A DNA stretch of 64,000 nucleotides from the human T2T-CHM13v2.0 reference genome, Homo sapiens, in the NCBI RefSeq assembly GCF_009914755.1, contig NC_060927.1; one strand, 5' to 3'. Position numbers and translations under genes: made by a program. The notes below the pieces were generated by a model. That model was given only the letters and a program-made list of their open reading frames with translations. It ran no database searches and had not been told where the DNA came from. Every line of letters begins with the position of its first letter. The stretch's first letter is position 1. Shown here in pieces: positions 1-13,199 of the stretch.

Positions 1-267
1 TTGCCACTATTCCTCCACCCTGCAGACATGCTGGTGAAAGATGTTCATTTTGTAAAAAGTCTGCAAAGCTTCAGAACAACACTACAGGCACTTAAATAAT
101 ATTTATTTTTTATTTGAAATTGTGACAACAAAAATGAGTGATAACATTTTCTGATAGCTAGCAGATACTTCCACTGTTAGTGGTAAAAAAAAGTGTTATT
201 TTCTGTTGGGGCAGTGGTAAGCATGTAGACCACAAAGTTTGAGGTCTAGAAGGAAACTGAATATAAA

Positions 268-345
268 TCTCCTTATAGATGGAAAAATGAAGGCCCTGAA
301 AGACAGTGATTTACCCAAGGTCAAAAGAATGGTTAGTGATAGAGT
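268..345 (-). mobile_element. MIR SINE fragment
   Basis: Diverged antisense MIR core: ttatagatggaaaaatgaaggc...gtgatttacccaaggtca...gttagtgatagag. Confidence 0.65.
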
Positions 346-411
346 TCTTTTTGGCCTCTGTGTTGCTGCTCCCCAGCCCAGTGTTCTTTCACTAAAATAA
401 CCACTGTCTTT

Positions 412-620
412 TTGAATATTTATTGCAGGCCAGACATACTGCTTTATGTATATTACCTAGATAATTCTTCTCCCCACAAAAGATAGGAAAATAGAGACCA
501 TTACTGTTTTTTAAAGATGTGGAAACTGAGAGTTTGAAAGATGAAACTTGCTTAAGGTTACATATCATTTAAAAGCCCAAAGCAGAATTTGATTTGAGGT
601 CAACAGACCCCAAAGCCCTA
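412..620 (-). mobile_element. MIR SINE
   Basis: tttaaagatgtggaaactgag...acttgcttaaggttaca...agcagaatttgatttgaggtc...ccaaagcc resembles the antisense MIR consensus. Confidence 0.7.
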
Positions 621-1867
621 AATTCGTGAAACTAGGTTACCTGCTCTGTATCAGCCTATTGAGTTTTGGCTTTTTGAGTACAATCAACAAGTCTTGAAAG
701 AGGCATCATAGACTGACATTTTAACATAGTTGTCTAGGAAAAAATTACAGGACAGTTTAGCTATAAGAAAAATAGGATGTCTCTAATTCCTTTCTCACTA
801 AAGGAGCTATGTGGATGCTAATGTTATGGACTTTGTATATTGTTTCCTCACAGTCATTTAGTATGTTTTACTGTGGTAGGTAAGGAGTTCTTAACTCTCT
901 CTGCATCTAAAATATTCTACATACAGAAGAGTGAACAAAACTACAATAGTGAAGCCATGCACATTTTCTAAAATCATTCAATAATCCTTTGCTCTTAATA
1001 CAATTTGTTGCAAATTAGGCTTTACAACTTTTCCCTCTGAGTGACTCTAACTCACTAGTGTCAGGTTGGCATGTAAGTATTATGTGCCTGTGTGTGTATG
1101 TGTCATTTTGAGCATGTCTAAAAGGTGACCTTGAATTTGATATTCTTTAAAATATATTATTTTGAAGTTGCTTGGTTTTGCTCTTTTGGTCCAAGTCTGC
1201 ATATTCTCCCAATAAGCATTTAATTTATGTTCTAGAGGAATAATTTTTTTCTGGCACTTCTCACTTATCCCTCAAGATTCTCACAACCCTTCCTGATTCT
1301 ACATGGTTCTTCCTCTCATACAATAAAACCCACAACTTTGTTTTGCAGACACCACTAACTCTTCAGATCCATGAGTCATTTTTGGGTCCTAATCCCACCT
1401 TGGAAAATATTACCATAAGGCTTTGGCTCAGAGGGTCATTGTGTCTTTTAAACTGTTTTTTTTTTTTTTTTTCAAGACAGGGTCTCACTTTTGAACTATT
1501 TTACCAGGCAGCTATTTCCAAAGACCTTGTGTGTCTGCAAATCATTTTTCAGATGCTCTCATTTGTCATAGAAGTCACTTTATTCTTATTGTAGGCTTGC
1601 TTTCAGATACTTTCTTATTTCTCTGTAATGTCATTCTATCGAATTCTCAAAAATACACAATGACCCACTGGAAAATAATAGTGCTAACTCAAACTGCTCT
1701 CTGCCACTCACCATCTTTCCTATCTACCTTAAGTTGCTTTATTTATGGAATACTCTGTCATTAGCTTTCAGGGCTTTTAAGATATGACAACCCTTTGAAA
1801 AAGATTTTACATTCAGCAATTTCTATCATTCTCATACAAAAGTGGGAAGTGACTGTGGAGATATTGA

Positions 1868-1945
1868 GGCAGAATGGGCCAGTGACAAAACAAGTAGATT
1901 CTGGAGTCAGACCAACTCCTGGTGCAAGTACATTAGCCATTAGAC
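1868..1945 (+). mobile_element. MIR 5' part, interrupted by an LTR
   Basis: gattctggagtcagacc...; the MIR resumes at 2931 after the LTR. Confidence 0.6.
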
Positions 1946-2926
1946 TGTAAAGCAAAAACAAAATTCTAAGCCCCCCAACTGACTGGATAGGCCCCTACTG
2001 TCAGTCAAGGGATTCCAAAGAAACCTGAAAAACTAGTTCAGGCCATGATGGGAAGAGGAGGTTGGACATGCCTTATTATACTTTCCTCCCTTTGGAATTT
2101 AGGCACAACTGACTACCATTAACATTAAAACTGAGATCATAAGACTGACAAAACAGACTCTTTGTAGCAATAAGATACCAAATTCTAACCTGACTCTAGT
2201 ATAACATTACATGACAGAGTAGGCCCTGAAAGAAATAAAAAGATTTTACTGCAAAAAATATTTATTTGACCTGCAAAGCCATCTCTTGTGGGGAAAATTT
2301 ACACTGTGTAGACAATCCCCATCTCTTTCCAGGTCTTTTTCTAATCCTGAAGAGATTAGCTTAGGGTCTAGCATGGTTTAAAGGTCTGAACAGGAAACAT
2401 TTGCCATCTGTTTTCTCTAAGGGTGGCCACCTACAAGATGTCATCTACATGATAGGAACCTTGGTCTCTACAACCCCTTATCTTAAACCAGATACCCTTT
2501 CTGTCCCATCTATTGCCTCTAAGGGTGGCTACCTATGAGACTTCATCTACATAATAGGAACTTTGGTCTCTACAACCTCTTATCTTAATCCAGACACTCC
2601 TTTCCACTGATTCCAGGTCTTTAAATAATAACTTAACTCTTTCAATCAATTGCCAATCAGAAAATCTTTAAATCCCCCTATGACTTGTAAACCCCTTGCT
2701 ACAACTCGCCCCACCTTTCTGGACCAAACCAATGTATGCCTTACATGTATTGATTGATATCTATGTCTTCCTAAAACATACAAAACCAAGCTGTAACCCA
2801 ACCACCTGATACGCCTGAGCACATGTTCTCAGGGCCTCTTGAGGTTCTGTCATGGGTCATAGTCCTCACATTTGGCTCAGAATAATTCTCTTCACATTCT
2901 TTAGAGTTTGGCTTTTTTCATCAATA
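1946..2926 (+). mobile_element. Solo ERV1 LTR, MER4 group (MER4D-like)
   Basis: Starts tgtaaagcaaaaacaaaattctaagcccccc, contains acctgaaaaactagttcaggccatgatggg, ends catttggctcagaataa...agagtttggcttttttcatcaata. 4-bp TSD agac at 1942-1945 and 2927-2930. Confidence 0.85.
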
Positions 2927-2930
2927 AGAC

Positions 2931-3070
2931 CTTGGACCATTTAGCTAACCTCTCAGAATTTCATTATCTGTAAAATGAGAAGAATATCTTCACTTCCTAT
3001 AGTTCTTGGGATAATAATGTGCACAAACCACCAGCAGCTCTTGTCCCATATGAACTCTCAGTTCATCATT
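2931..3070 (+). mobile_element. MIR 3' part
   Basis: ccttggac...taacctctcagaatttcattatctgtaaaatgag is the MIR core, continuing the 1868-1945 piece. Confidence 0.7.
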
Positions 3071-3114
3071 AATAGCCTGTTTTTCTAATTCAGATAACAT
3101 TTGAAAAATGTGCA

Positions 3115-3240
3115 AACTATTGTTGCATGTGACTATAGTTCATTCATATTGACTGCTAGCTATATACTATAGTTTATTCTTCAGCTCTCAATATAATAGG
3201 AAACTTGGATGTTTCTAGATTTTTAATTATGATGAACACT

Positions 3241-3279
<39 letters not shown>

Positions 3280-3615
3280 CTGTATGTACATATGCATGAA
3301 TTCTCTTAGTTACTTGGAGGTTGGGTTATTGAGTCATCAGGTATGTAAATGTTCAATTTTACAATATAAAGCTGACTTCTTTTTTGAAGTGGTTACACTA
3401 GTTCAAATGCCCAATGACAATATCTAAAAGATCTAATAGATCATATCCAGTACGTGATGTTATCAAACTCTCAAATGTTTGCCATTTGAATAGGTTTAAA
3501 GTGGCATATATTATCATGGTCTTCAATTGCATTTCTTCAATCATTAATATTTAATATATTTATTTTCCATAGCATTTCCTCTTTTGTGAAATGCTGTTGT
3601 GTTTCATTTTAACCC
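3115..3615 (-). mobile_element. Old L1 (L1ME-like) ORF2-end/3' UTR fragment
   Basis: gtggttacactagttca...tttgccatttgaatagg...aattgcatttctt...ttcctcttttgtgaaatgc is typical antisense L1M ORF2 terminus. Confidence 0.6.
3249..3276. repeat. (CA)14 microsatellite
   Basis: Directly visible. Confidence 0.95.
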
Positions 3616-4054
3616 AGTTTTTCTTTTAATGATATGCCTTGTGTGGCAGATGTCTAAAAATTTGACTATTTTTGGCATAGCACTTTGAAATCTGGGAGTT
3701 TATTTTATGGAGAAAAATTTTCAAAGAAGCATTATGAAGGCATTCACTGAAACTGTGTTTGTAATAACAAAATGCAGTAAATAGGCTAAATGTGAAATAA
3801 ATGAAAATTATTTAAATATTTTATGCAAATAAAGAGGAATACTGACATATAATACATTCAATTATAATGGTGGTTATATATATGGAGCCAAAGAAAGATG
3901 CTCACAATATGATCCTAAGAGAAAAAAAAAAGCTGGTAATTAATAGGTTTTGTCTCTGAATAAATGAATTTAAAGTGGCATTTTAAAAAATCTATTTTTG
4001 TTATTTTACTAAACTAAATTTAATTATGAAGACATTGAAGATAAATCTATACTA

Positions 4055-4170
4055 TAGATTTTTAAAGACAGAAAAATCTTAGATAATTTATCTAAAGGCA
4101 CATAGCTAATGATAAGTAGAACAGCAGGGTTTAGAACCCAAACATCCCCAGAGTACCGGACTCTAAGCAT
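4055..4170 (-). mobile_element. MIR fragment
   Basis: aatttatctaaaggcacatagctaat...agcagggtttagaaccca. Confidence 0.5.
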
Positions 4171-4238
4171 TTATCTTTTATTCAGTTCGCTGGGGTCCTG
4201 CTTCAAGAATGTTGGTATCTGTGTCCTGATCAATTGTT

Positions 4239-4420
4239 AACCTTTGAAATGGTGGTAAGAGTGGCCTCTTCCTGCTTGTCAGTGATAACTGGATGTATGG
4301 GCAAGAAGGAATATCATGGAATGATAATAAATTAGGGGTTAGGGTGGATGAGAAGCAATCTATTACTGTGCATATACTTAATCTAAAATGAAGGGTTAAT
4401 GTACAGCCAATCTAGGAAAA
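4239..4420 (+). repeat. Direct duplication, copy A (partner at 6080-6258)
   Basis: Shares tcagtgataactggatgtatgggcaa, gaatgataataaattaggg and tctaaaatgaag with 6080-6258. Confidence 0.9.
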
Positions 4421-6079
4421 GGGACTCTTTCTTGCAGTCCTCAGATATTTTCTGATATAAAGAAAGATTTGATATTAGCATAATTATAAAGGTCATTGCT
4501 CCATATGGTATTTTTTAGTAGTCTGATTAGTAAGACTATCATTAACCTAGTATTTGGATCACATGACTGGGTGTAAAACAACCACTGGAATAATAAACAT
4601 CCAGGTGCTTTAATTTCAATGTCATTAAATTAAATTTTACTGTTTTTTACTATTTTTTCGTTATTTATTCTCATCAGTCTCTATTCTTCATGTCCTCCTC
4701 CTTTCTCTTAATTGTACATAAAATTCTAACTTTGGTTTAAAATATTCCCCTGATAACTCCTGATTAAAACACAATAAAGGCCATTTAAGGGTGAGCAGAA
4801 TGTAAAGGTGACTAGGTAACCAAAGGAGCATTAATCTATCCTCAGTTAAAACTGTTAAGCCTATTGAAAACAATTTCTCAAACCTAGCAGAACCTTGGAT
4901 TACAGAATAGTAAGGGCAAGAGGAGTCAAAGTTTATTTTTAAGCCAGGACCTAAATATTGTCTGAGTCAAGGTAGACCCAAGGAGTTGAAGGGACATAAA
5001 GGGAAGACAGCTGGAATGTCATGCAGAGTGTAGAATTTAAATACCGACAACTACTATGAGCTCTTCCTATGGTCCCAATTTTCCTATTATTATTTCTATA
5101 TCTTCTTAGTTTATCTCCTTAATTTTAGCAGTGGCAATGGCCGGAACCCTCATGGCTTCTGCCACTGCTGCTGCATATAAACTAAATATTTGGTCTTTTT
5201 CTAATACATACACAACAATTGTCTATTCATAAATAACTGAGGACAAAGTAGGATGCATCCTTATAGACTCTATTTAATAAAAAATATGTTAAAAACATGT
5301 AGCTCTTATAAGCCATGTAGAAAGTATCTAGAAGACTTCAAAAGCATTGTGTTTTCACAGGCCTAAATATTTGTCGACAACTAATTCCTTACTAAATTGT
5401 CCTTGGTTTTTCTTGCTAGAATTGAATGACTTAAGCACATTTGTTGCTTACTTTTATCAAGATCTTTTAATGATTAACTAAGTCTTCTCCTCATCACTGA
5501 AAAACCCCAAGCCCATCTATCTATCTTTGCCTATAATTGCCCATGTTTAGAGCAAACCCTCAGCAACCTGTTTACTATATTCATGAGCTCAAAGGACTGA
5601 CCACTTTTAGGTCAGACTAATTTTGTGTTTTAAAATGAGACTGTCCTGCTGGGATATCAAAAAATGTTAGTGAAGGGAAGAAGGATAGCAGAAAGATGGC
5701 AGAAATAGGAAGCCCCAACCTTCGTTCTTCCACGGACTTAACAGCAATATATAAACCAAAATGCCTCCATGAAGACTCTAGAAGCCAGTTAAGAAGTCTC
5801 AGTACCCAAATGAGCACAAGGCCAAGAACAGCTACATTAAGATGTATAAGAAAAAGTCATTTTATTCTACCTATGATTGCCCCTCCTCCAAACTGGCACA
5901 GTTTGGCATGATTGAGAAAAAGTACCCAATTTTCAGCCCCTCCAGGTGGAAACAGAATAGTGGAACATGCATTCAGTGTTTTGGTTTTATGGGGAGCTGA
6001 GTGAGGGAGTAATTTCTGTCTTCTCTGACTCAGGGTGCTGATGGAAATGCCATACTTTGGATGCCTGAGTGCTGCTGAA

Positions 6080-6258
6080 AACCTTTGATATGGAAGAGTG
6101 ACCTCTTCCTGTATATCAGTGATAACTGGATGTATGGGCAAAAAACAATCATAGAATGATAATAAATTAGGGAGTGGGTAGATGAGAAGTAGTTTTGCTG
6201 TAACTGTTCATGTCCTTACTCTAAAATGAAGAGTTCATGTACAGCTAATCTAGGGAAA
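6080..6258 (+). repeat. Direct duplication, copy B
   Basis: Colinear with 4239-4420, about 80% identity by eye. Confidence 0.9.
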
Positions 6259-6820
6259 CCTGAAGAACCGCAGACAGACACCAGAGGAAGCAAAAGATTA
6301 TGAGCTCCTGAAAAAGAAAATGGCAAACATCTCTCATTGGATAGGAGATAAAGTAGATGTTAAGTCGGAAACTGTCACAGATGCAGAGAAGGGCATTACA
6401 TAATGACAAAAAGACCAATTAACCAAGAAGATATAACAATCATAAATATATATACACCAACATCAACATCAGACACCCATATATATTGACCAAACATTCA
6501 CAAAATTGAAGGGAAAAATAGAGAGTAACATGGTAATAGTAAGAGATTTCAATACTTCACTTTCAATAATAGATAAAACAACCAGTAAGAAGAAACATAA
6601 AAGAAAGGAAAGGAATTGAGCAGCACTGTAGACCAATTGGATCCAACAAACACATACAGAGCACTCCAGCCAACAACAGTAGAATACACATTTTCCTTAA
6701 GAGCACACAGAACACTATCAGGATAGATCACATTAGGACAAAAACGTGTCTTAAGAAATGTAGGATTAAGTTAGATTAAAATCATTCCAACTATATTTTA
6801 TAATCACAATGGAATACAAA

Positions 6821-7243
6821 CACAATAGAGTACCATTCAGCCATAAAAAGAATGAGATCCAGTCATTTGCAACAACATGGATGGAATTGGAGATCATTAC
6901 ATTAAATGAAATGAGCCAGGCACAGAAAGACAGACATCACATGTTCTCATTTATTTGTGGGATCTAAAAATCAAAACAATTGAATTCATAGACATAGAGA
7001 ATAGAAGGATGGTTATCAGAGTCTGGGAAGCATAGTGGGGAGCTGTGGTGGGTGGAGTGGGAATGGTTAATGGGTACAAAAAGTAGAAAGAATGAATAAG
7101 ACTTACTCTTTGATAGCACAACAGGGTGACTGTAATCAATAATAACTTTACTGTACATTTTTAAATAACTTAGAGTGTAACTGTAACTGAACTGTTTGTA
7201 ACTGAAAGGATACAGGCTTGCAGGGATGGATATCTCATCCTCC

Positions 7244-7275
<32 letters not shown>

Positions 7276-7383
7276 TATGTATATATATACATATGTATAT
7301 GTATATATATACACACATATAGTAGATATATATGTATCTACTATGTATGCACAAAAAAATAGAAATTAAAATTTTTTAAAAAA
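6821..7383 (+). mobile_element. Nested L1MA1/2-like 3' end
   Basis: gggatctaaaaatcaaaacaattgaa...tttgatagcacaacagggtgact...; host ORF2 resumes afterwards. Confidence 0.8.
7243..7335. repeat. Imperfect (TA)n tract
   Basis: Directly visible, lies inside the L1MA 3' UTR. Confidence 0.9.
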
Positions 7384-7809
7384 TGAATAGCAAAAGCAAA
7401 ACTGGAAAATCCATAAATATGTAGAAACTAGACAATATGCTCTTGAACAGTTAATGGATGAAAGACAAAGTCATGAAGAAAATTAGAAAATATCTTGAGA
7501 CTAATGAAAACAAAAACATAACATACTAACACTCCTGGGATGCAGCAAAAGTAGTACTAAGAGAGACATTTAGAGCAGTAAACACCTACCTTAAATAGGC
7601 AGAAGGATCTCAAATCAACAATGTAAATTTACACCTCTAGAAAGTAGGTAAAGAAGGACAGACTAAACCAAAAGTTAGCAAAAGGAAGGAAATAATAAAT
7701 ATGAGAGCAGAAAGCAACAAAATAGAGAACAGAAGAATAGAAAACATCAATGAAATTAAAAGTTAGTGTTCTTAAATCAACAAAATTGACAAACTTTTAA
7801 TGAAACTAA

Positions 7810-8125
<316 letters not shown>

Positions 8126-8394
8126 TAGAGAGAAGATGTAACAAAAATCAGAAATTACAAAAAAAATCACAACTGGTGCCAAATAAGTAAAAAAGAGAAA
8201 AGAGTACTGTGAATATATGCCAACAATGTGGATAACCTGTAAATAATGGATAAATTCCTAGAAACAAAGTGGAAAACCTGAACCAACCTATATTAAGTAA
8301 GGAGGTTGAATCAGTAATCAAAATCTCCCAATGAGAAAATGTTCAGGCCCAGATGGCTTCCCTGGATAACTCTACCAAACATGATAAACTATTA

Positions 8395-8552
8395 ATTCAT
8401 TAACTCATTAATTCATTCCATGGATATATTGTTCTATTCATAAGGCAGAGTCCTCATGATTCTATCACCTCTTAAAGGCCTACGTCTTGATACTGCCACA
8501 CGGGGGATTAAGTTTCAACATGAGGTTTGGAGAGGACATCCAATCTATAGCA
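8395..8552 (-). mobile_element. MaLR LTR 5' fragment (MST/MLT1A-like)
   Basis: Reverse complement begins tgctatagattggatgtcctctccaaacctcatgttgaaacttaatcccc. Confidence 0.75.
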
Positions 8553-9280
8553 GAGGCCAAAGATTTGTACCCTGAAAACTACAAAATTCTAAAACCAATT
8601 AAATAATACACAAATGAATGAAAAGACATTTTGTGATCATGGATTGGAAGACTTAATATTGCTAAAATGTCCATACTACTCAAGGTAATCTACAGATTCA
8701 ATGAAATTTCTATCAAAATCTCAATGGCATTTTTGTTTTGCTAAAATAGAAGAATACACCCTAAAATTTATATGGAATCTCAAATGAATTCAAGTAGCTA
8801 AAAATAAAAATATCCTAAGAAAGAATAAAGCTGGAAGTCTCACACTTGCTGATATATAAAAAAAAGACTACGAAAGAAGAAAGATGGAGTTCTCACACTT
8901 GCTGATATCAAAATATATTACAAAGCTTCAGTAATCAAAACAGTATGGTACTTGCATAAAGACAGACATACAGACTGATACAGAATAGAGAACCAATAAA
9001 TAAATCCACACATTTAAAGTCAATTGATATTCTATAAAGGCATCAGAAAGACACAACAGGAAAACGGTAGTGTCTTCAATAAATGGTACAAGGAAACTAG
9101 ATATTCATAAGAAAAATCCAAACATAAGACCTGAAACCACAAAACTTCTAAAAGAAAACATAAAGGAAAGTTTTATAACGTTGGATAAGGCAATGATTTT
9201 TTGGATATGACACCAACAGCACAGGCAACAAAAGCAAAACTAGACAAATTTTAAAATATCAAACTTAAAACTTCCTGTGC

Positions 9281-9696
9281 AGCACAGAAAGAAAAATATT
9301 TCATGATCTCACTTACATGTGGAATCTAAAAAAATAAATAAATATACAAAGATAAATAACAAAATTTTGGCTACCAGGGACAGGGTGGGAAGGTGCAAAA
9401 TGAGGAGAGGTAATCCAGAGAATACAAGGTAGCAGATATGTAGGATGAATAATTCTAAGATCTAATGTACAACATGAAAATATAGGTAATAAAATTGTAC
9501 TGTATATGAGATTCACACTAAATTAGTAGATTTTAGATATTCTCGCCACAAAAACAGACAAAAAGAAATGGATAACTATGTGAGATGATGGATATGTTAA
9601 TTTGCTTCATTATGGTAACCTTTTTACTATTCATATGTATCCCATAACATCATGCCATATACCTTAAATATCCATAATGAGAATTTTTAAAAAAAT
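9281..9696 (+). mobile_element. Nested L1MA8-like 3' end
   Basis: aatacaaggtagcagatatgtaggatgaataa...gatctaatgtacaacatg; flanked by degenerate duplication acttcctgtgcagca / acttctatgtagca. Confidence 0.75.
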
Positions 9697-10456
9697 ACTT
9701 CTATGTAGCAGAGGATATAATCAACAGACAGAAAAGGCAACCTACAGATTGGGAGAAATTATTTGTGAACTATATACCTCATAAGGGGTTAATATCCAAA
9801 TTAAATAAAGAACAACTGTAACTGTTGGTAAGTATGTAAAATGGTGCAGCTGTTATGGAAAACAGTATGTAGGTTCCTGAAGATATTAAAGCTAGAAATA
9901 CCATATGACCTAGCAATTCCACTTTTTGGTATATATCAAAAAAACCTGAAAGTAGAATCTTGAAGAGATATTTGCACCTTCATGTTTACTGCAGCATTAC
10001 TCATAACAGCCAAGAGATGGAAGCAACCTAATTGTCCATCAATGTATGAACAGATAAAGAAAATGTGATATATACATACAATGTAATATTATTCTGCCCT
10101 AAGAAAGAAGGAAATCATGTTTTCTGCTACAACATGGATGAAACTTGGGGACATTATATTAGGTGAATTAAGCCAGTCACAAAAATAACTACATAATTAC
10201 CCTTATATCAGGTATCTAAAGTAGTCAAACTCACAGTGACAGAAAATAGAATGTGGGCACTAGTGGGTAGGGGAAAGGTAGCAATGAGTAGTTATTTTTA
10301 ATGTCTACAGGGCTTCAGTTTGCAAGGTAAAAAGTTTCTAGAGATCTGTTGCACAACAATGTGCATATAGTTAATATTACAGTATTCTACACTGAAAAGT
10401 GGTTAAGATAGTAATTTTATGAGTTTTTCAACATAATAAAAAATGTTATAGGAGAA

Positions 10457-10700
10457 GAATGTTAGCATAGTGATTATGAGCAAAAGTTTTGGATTCTGAT
10501 AAACATGGCTTAAGTTTGGATACAGTCTCATACTAGCCATAGGGCCCACAAGTCACTTAACCTCGTAGCCAGGCTTCCTATTTGGCAAAATGGGGATAAT
10601 AACTGTTCCTACCTTTACTATTATAATTTTTTTAGATAAGTGTGAAACATTGAGCTCAGTGCTAGGCACTTGGCAAGCACTCAATCAACAGCAGTTAAAT
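10457..10700 (+). mobile_element. MIR, near full length
   Basis: tagcatagtgattatgagc...aagtcacttaacctc...aaaatggggataataa...agtgctaggcacttggcaagcactcaat. Confidence 0.85.
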
Positions 10701-12870
10701 GGTGTGATGAGTATTCCAGGAAGATGGAGTATAAATGAAGGACTGGGGATGAAGACTGGTGAGTTCCTGACAGCTTTGGGGTTGGTGGAAATGATGAGTA
10801 AGTGAATATTTGAAGACTTGTTACATTCACATTATTGTTGAGCCCAGACCTTAGGATGAACACCTCAAGCTAACATCAGATCCAGAGCCCAGGAGTACTG
10901 CCCAAAGCTATCTACATGTTACTATCCATGGTGCTGAATTATCTTGGGACTATGCCCTCTTGACTTTTTCATAAACATCACAGAACCTGATCATTCTATT
11001 CCAAAATGCAATTTACAAAAGTTCATAACCTATTTTTAGAAACAAACGGAAAAATGATGCTTACAGAAATCCCATTTTTGTTCCCATATATCATCTGTAA
11101 AATTTATTTCTGTGGAAAAACATAACCCAGTGCACTAAAGTTAGGAGAGTGAAACAATAAAGATATTTATCGTGATCCAATTAATACTGGTTATGAGAAG
11201 GTAAGTACATGAATAGATCTACTCATATCCTCATAATCAATTAGCCTTCTTAATAAGGCAGACGTGTTTTTCAGAGAAATCAGAAATCAAATCAGAGTTT
11301 GTATTGGTATCTTAGGAAAAAGCATTTCAAGAATAAATCTTCCAAAAGGCACACACTTTCTCAGTTCTACTGATAAAACAAAAACAAGGATATGTAAAGA
11401 GGCTTTGCTGCTCCCTTACAAACTCTCCCAGTTTATACTCCCAAAGGAAATAAAGTCTGCCTTATTTCTTTGCCCACCTGCGGTGAACTTTAATGTTTGT
11501 CTATATGTATTGAAGAACCTTAAGTTCATTTCCCCCTGGGATGAATTCAGCATATGGTCTGTTCCTAAGGCAAACATTTATTTAAACTTTAAATCTAAAA
11601 GGAATTCTTTCATTTTATTTCTAGTTTTGTTTCCTTTGATCCTGAAAGTAATTAACTTTCACTGGCAGCTAATTATAAGTGAAGAGAAATCAGAGTCTAT
11701 ATGGTCGTTTGTTTGGTGCAGTCCTGGCAAAATGTTTTCTAATTGGAAAGTCTCTTTGCTCAATGCATTCCAATCCATTTTGCACTGTATTTATTATCCA
11801 GGATTCATATTATAACCATGACCTTTCATCTAATCACAGAATCTCACACAGAGAAAAAATAATTATTTTAACAAAGAGCCACCGTGGCTATAAAAAGTGA
11901 GAGAGGCTGGGAGGGAGTAGAATATGACAGGAGAAGAACCACATCCAAAATCTCTTCCTGCTCTTCACTATCACAGTCCCATGACAACCCCCTTGTACTG
12001 AAAAACATATACCCCACATTTGGATTAGGAAATTATCTTCTTCAAACTTATACAGAAATCAGCTCCTGAAAAATAATACAGAAAAGAAGAGAGCCATAGG
12101 TAAAAATAATTGAGGTCAGAGGTGCTGCTTACTGTTCCGTGTTAATACTAATCATCAGAAGCATGGAAAAATTTGAAAGTTAATGAACCGCCAGTCAAAT
12201 GACCCTTACCATAACTCCCATTTCCCTGAAAATGACCCTTGCAAGAACTGACAAATCTTTTTGTCATCAATTTTTTCCTTTTCAAAAGAAAAACCAGGCA
12301 TTTAAAAAAATATATTCATTGTCTGTTTGAAATAAATATGTTACAAGGATTTAAAAAAAACACACTGAATACAATGAGGGAATTTAAACTGTATTTTGGA
12401 AAGAGGACTCTAAACATCTTTGCCTTTCTAAACAACTCCTTAACCAACCAAAAACAATCAGCATTACAGGAAAGCAACACTCTTAAACAGAGATAAATCT
12501 TGACCTGACTGCTCTTCTTGTATGACATCTTTTCATACTGCTACTGTTAAGAACTGGTGTGATAAAGATAATCTAAGGGGCATATTATCCACCATCTTCT
12601 ACAAATTTGCATCAAATTAGAGCATCAGAAAACAATATGCCCATACCTCATTAGCTTGCATCCATGCAGAATAACACCTGTGAGTTATTTCTATAGATCT
12701 GGCTTAATCTAGAGTCAATGCATATGATGGTAATCTCCCACATCTTACAAAATTATTGGTAAAAGCAATAATTTCCATATTTTTAAATAACCAACATAAA
12801 AATTTCCTTCCAAGTAGAGTACATACAATTTTGCTTCTTCGGAAGAATTGAAATAATATAAACTTCCTGA

Positions 12871-13199
<329 letters not shown>

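Noticed and set aside
11195-11206. Consensus donor aag|gtaagt
   Set aside because: No convincing upstream acceptor. Equally good isolated donors occur on the minus strand (~27655, ~28620, ~29435, ~59056), which shows a chance background and also tempers the exon candidates
11264-11815. Longest non-L1 ORF (183 aa)
   Set aside because: GTG start, F/I/L/K-rich composition typical of AT-rich non-coding DNA, no recognisable domain
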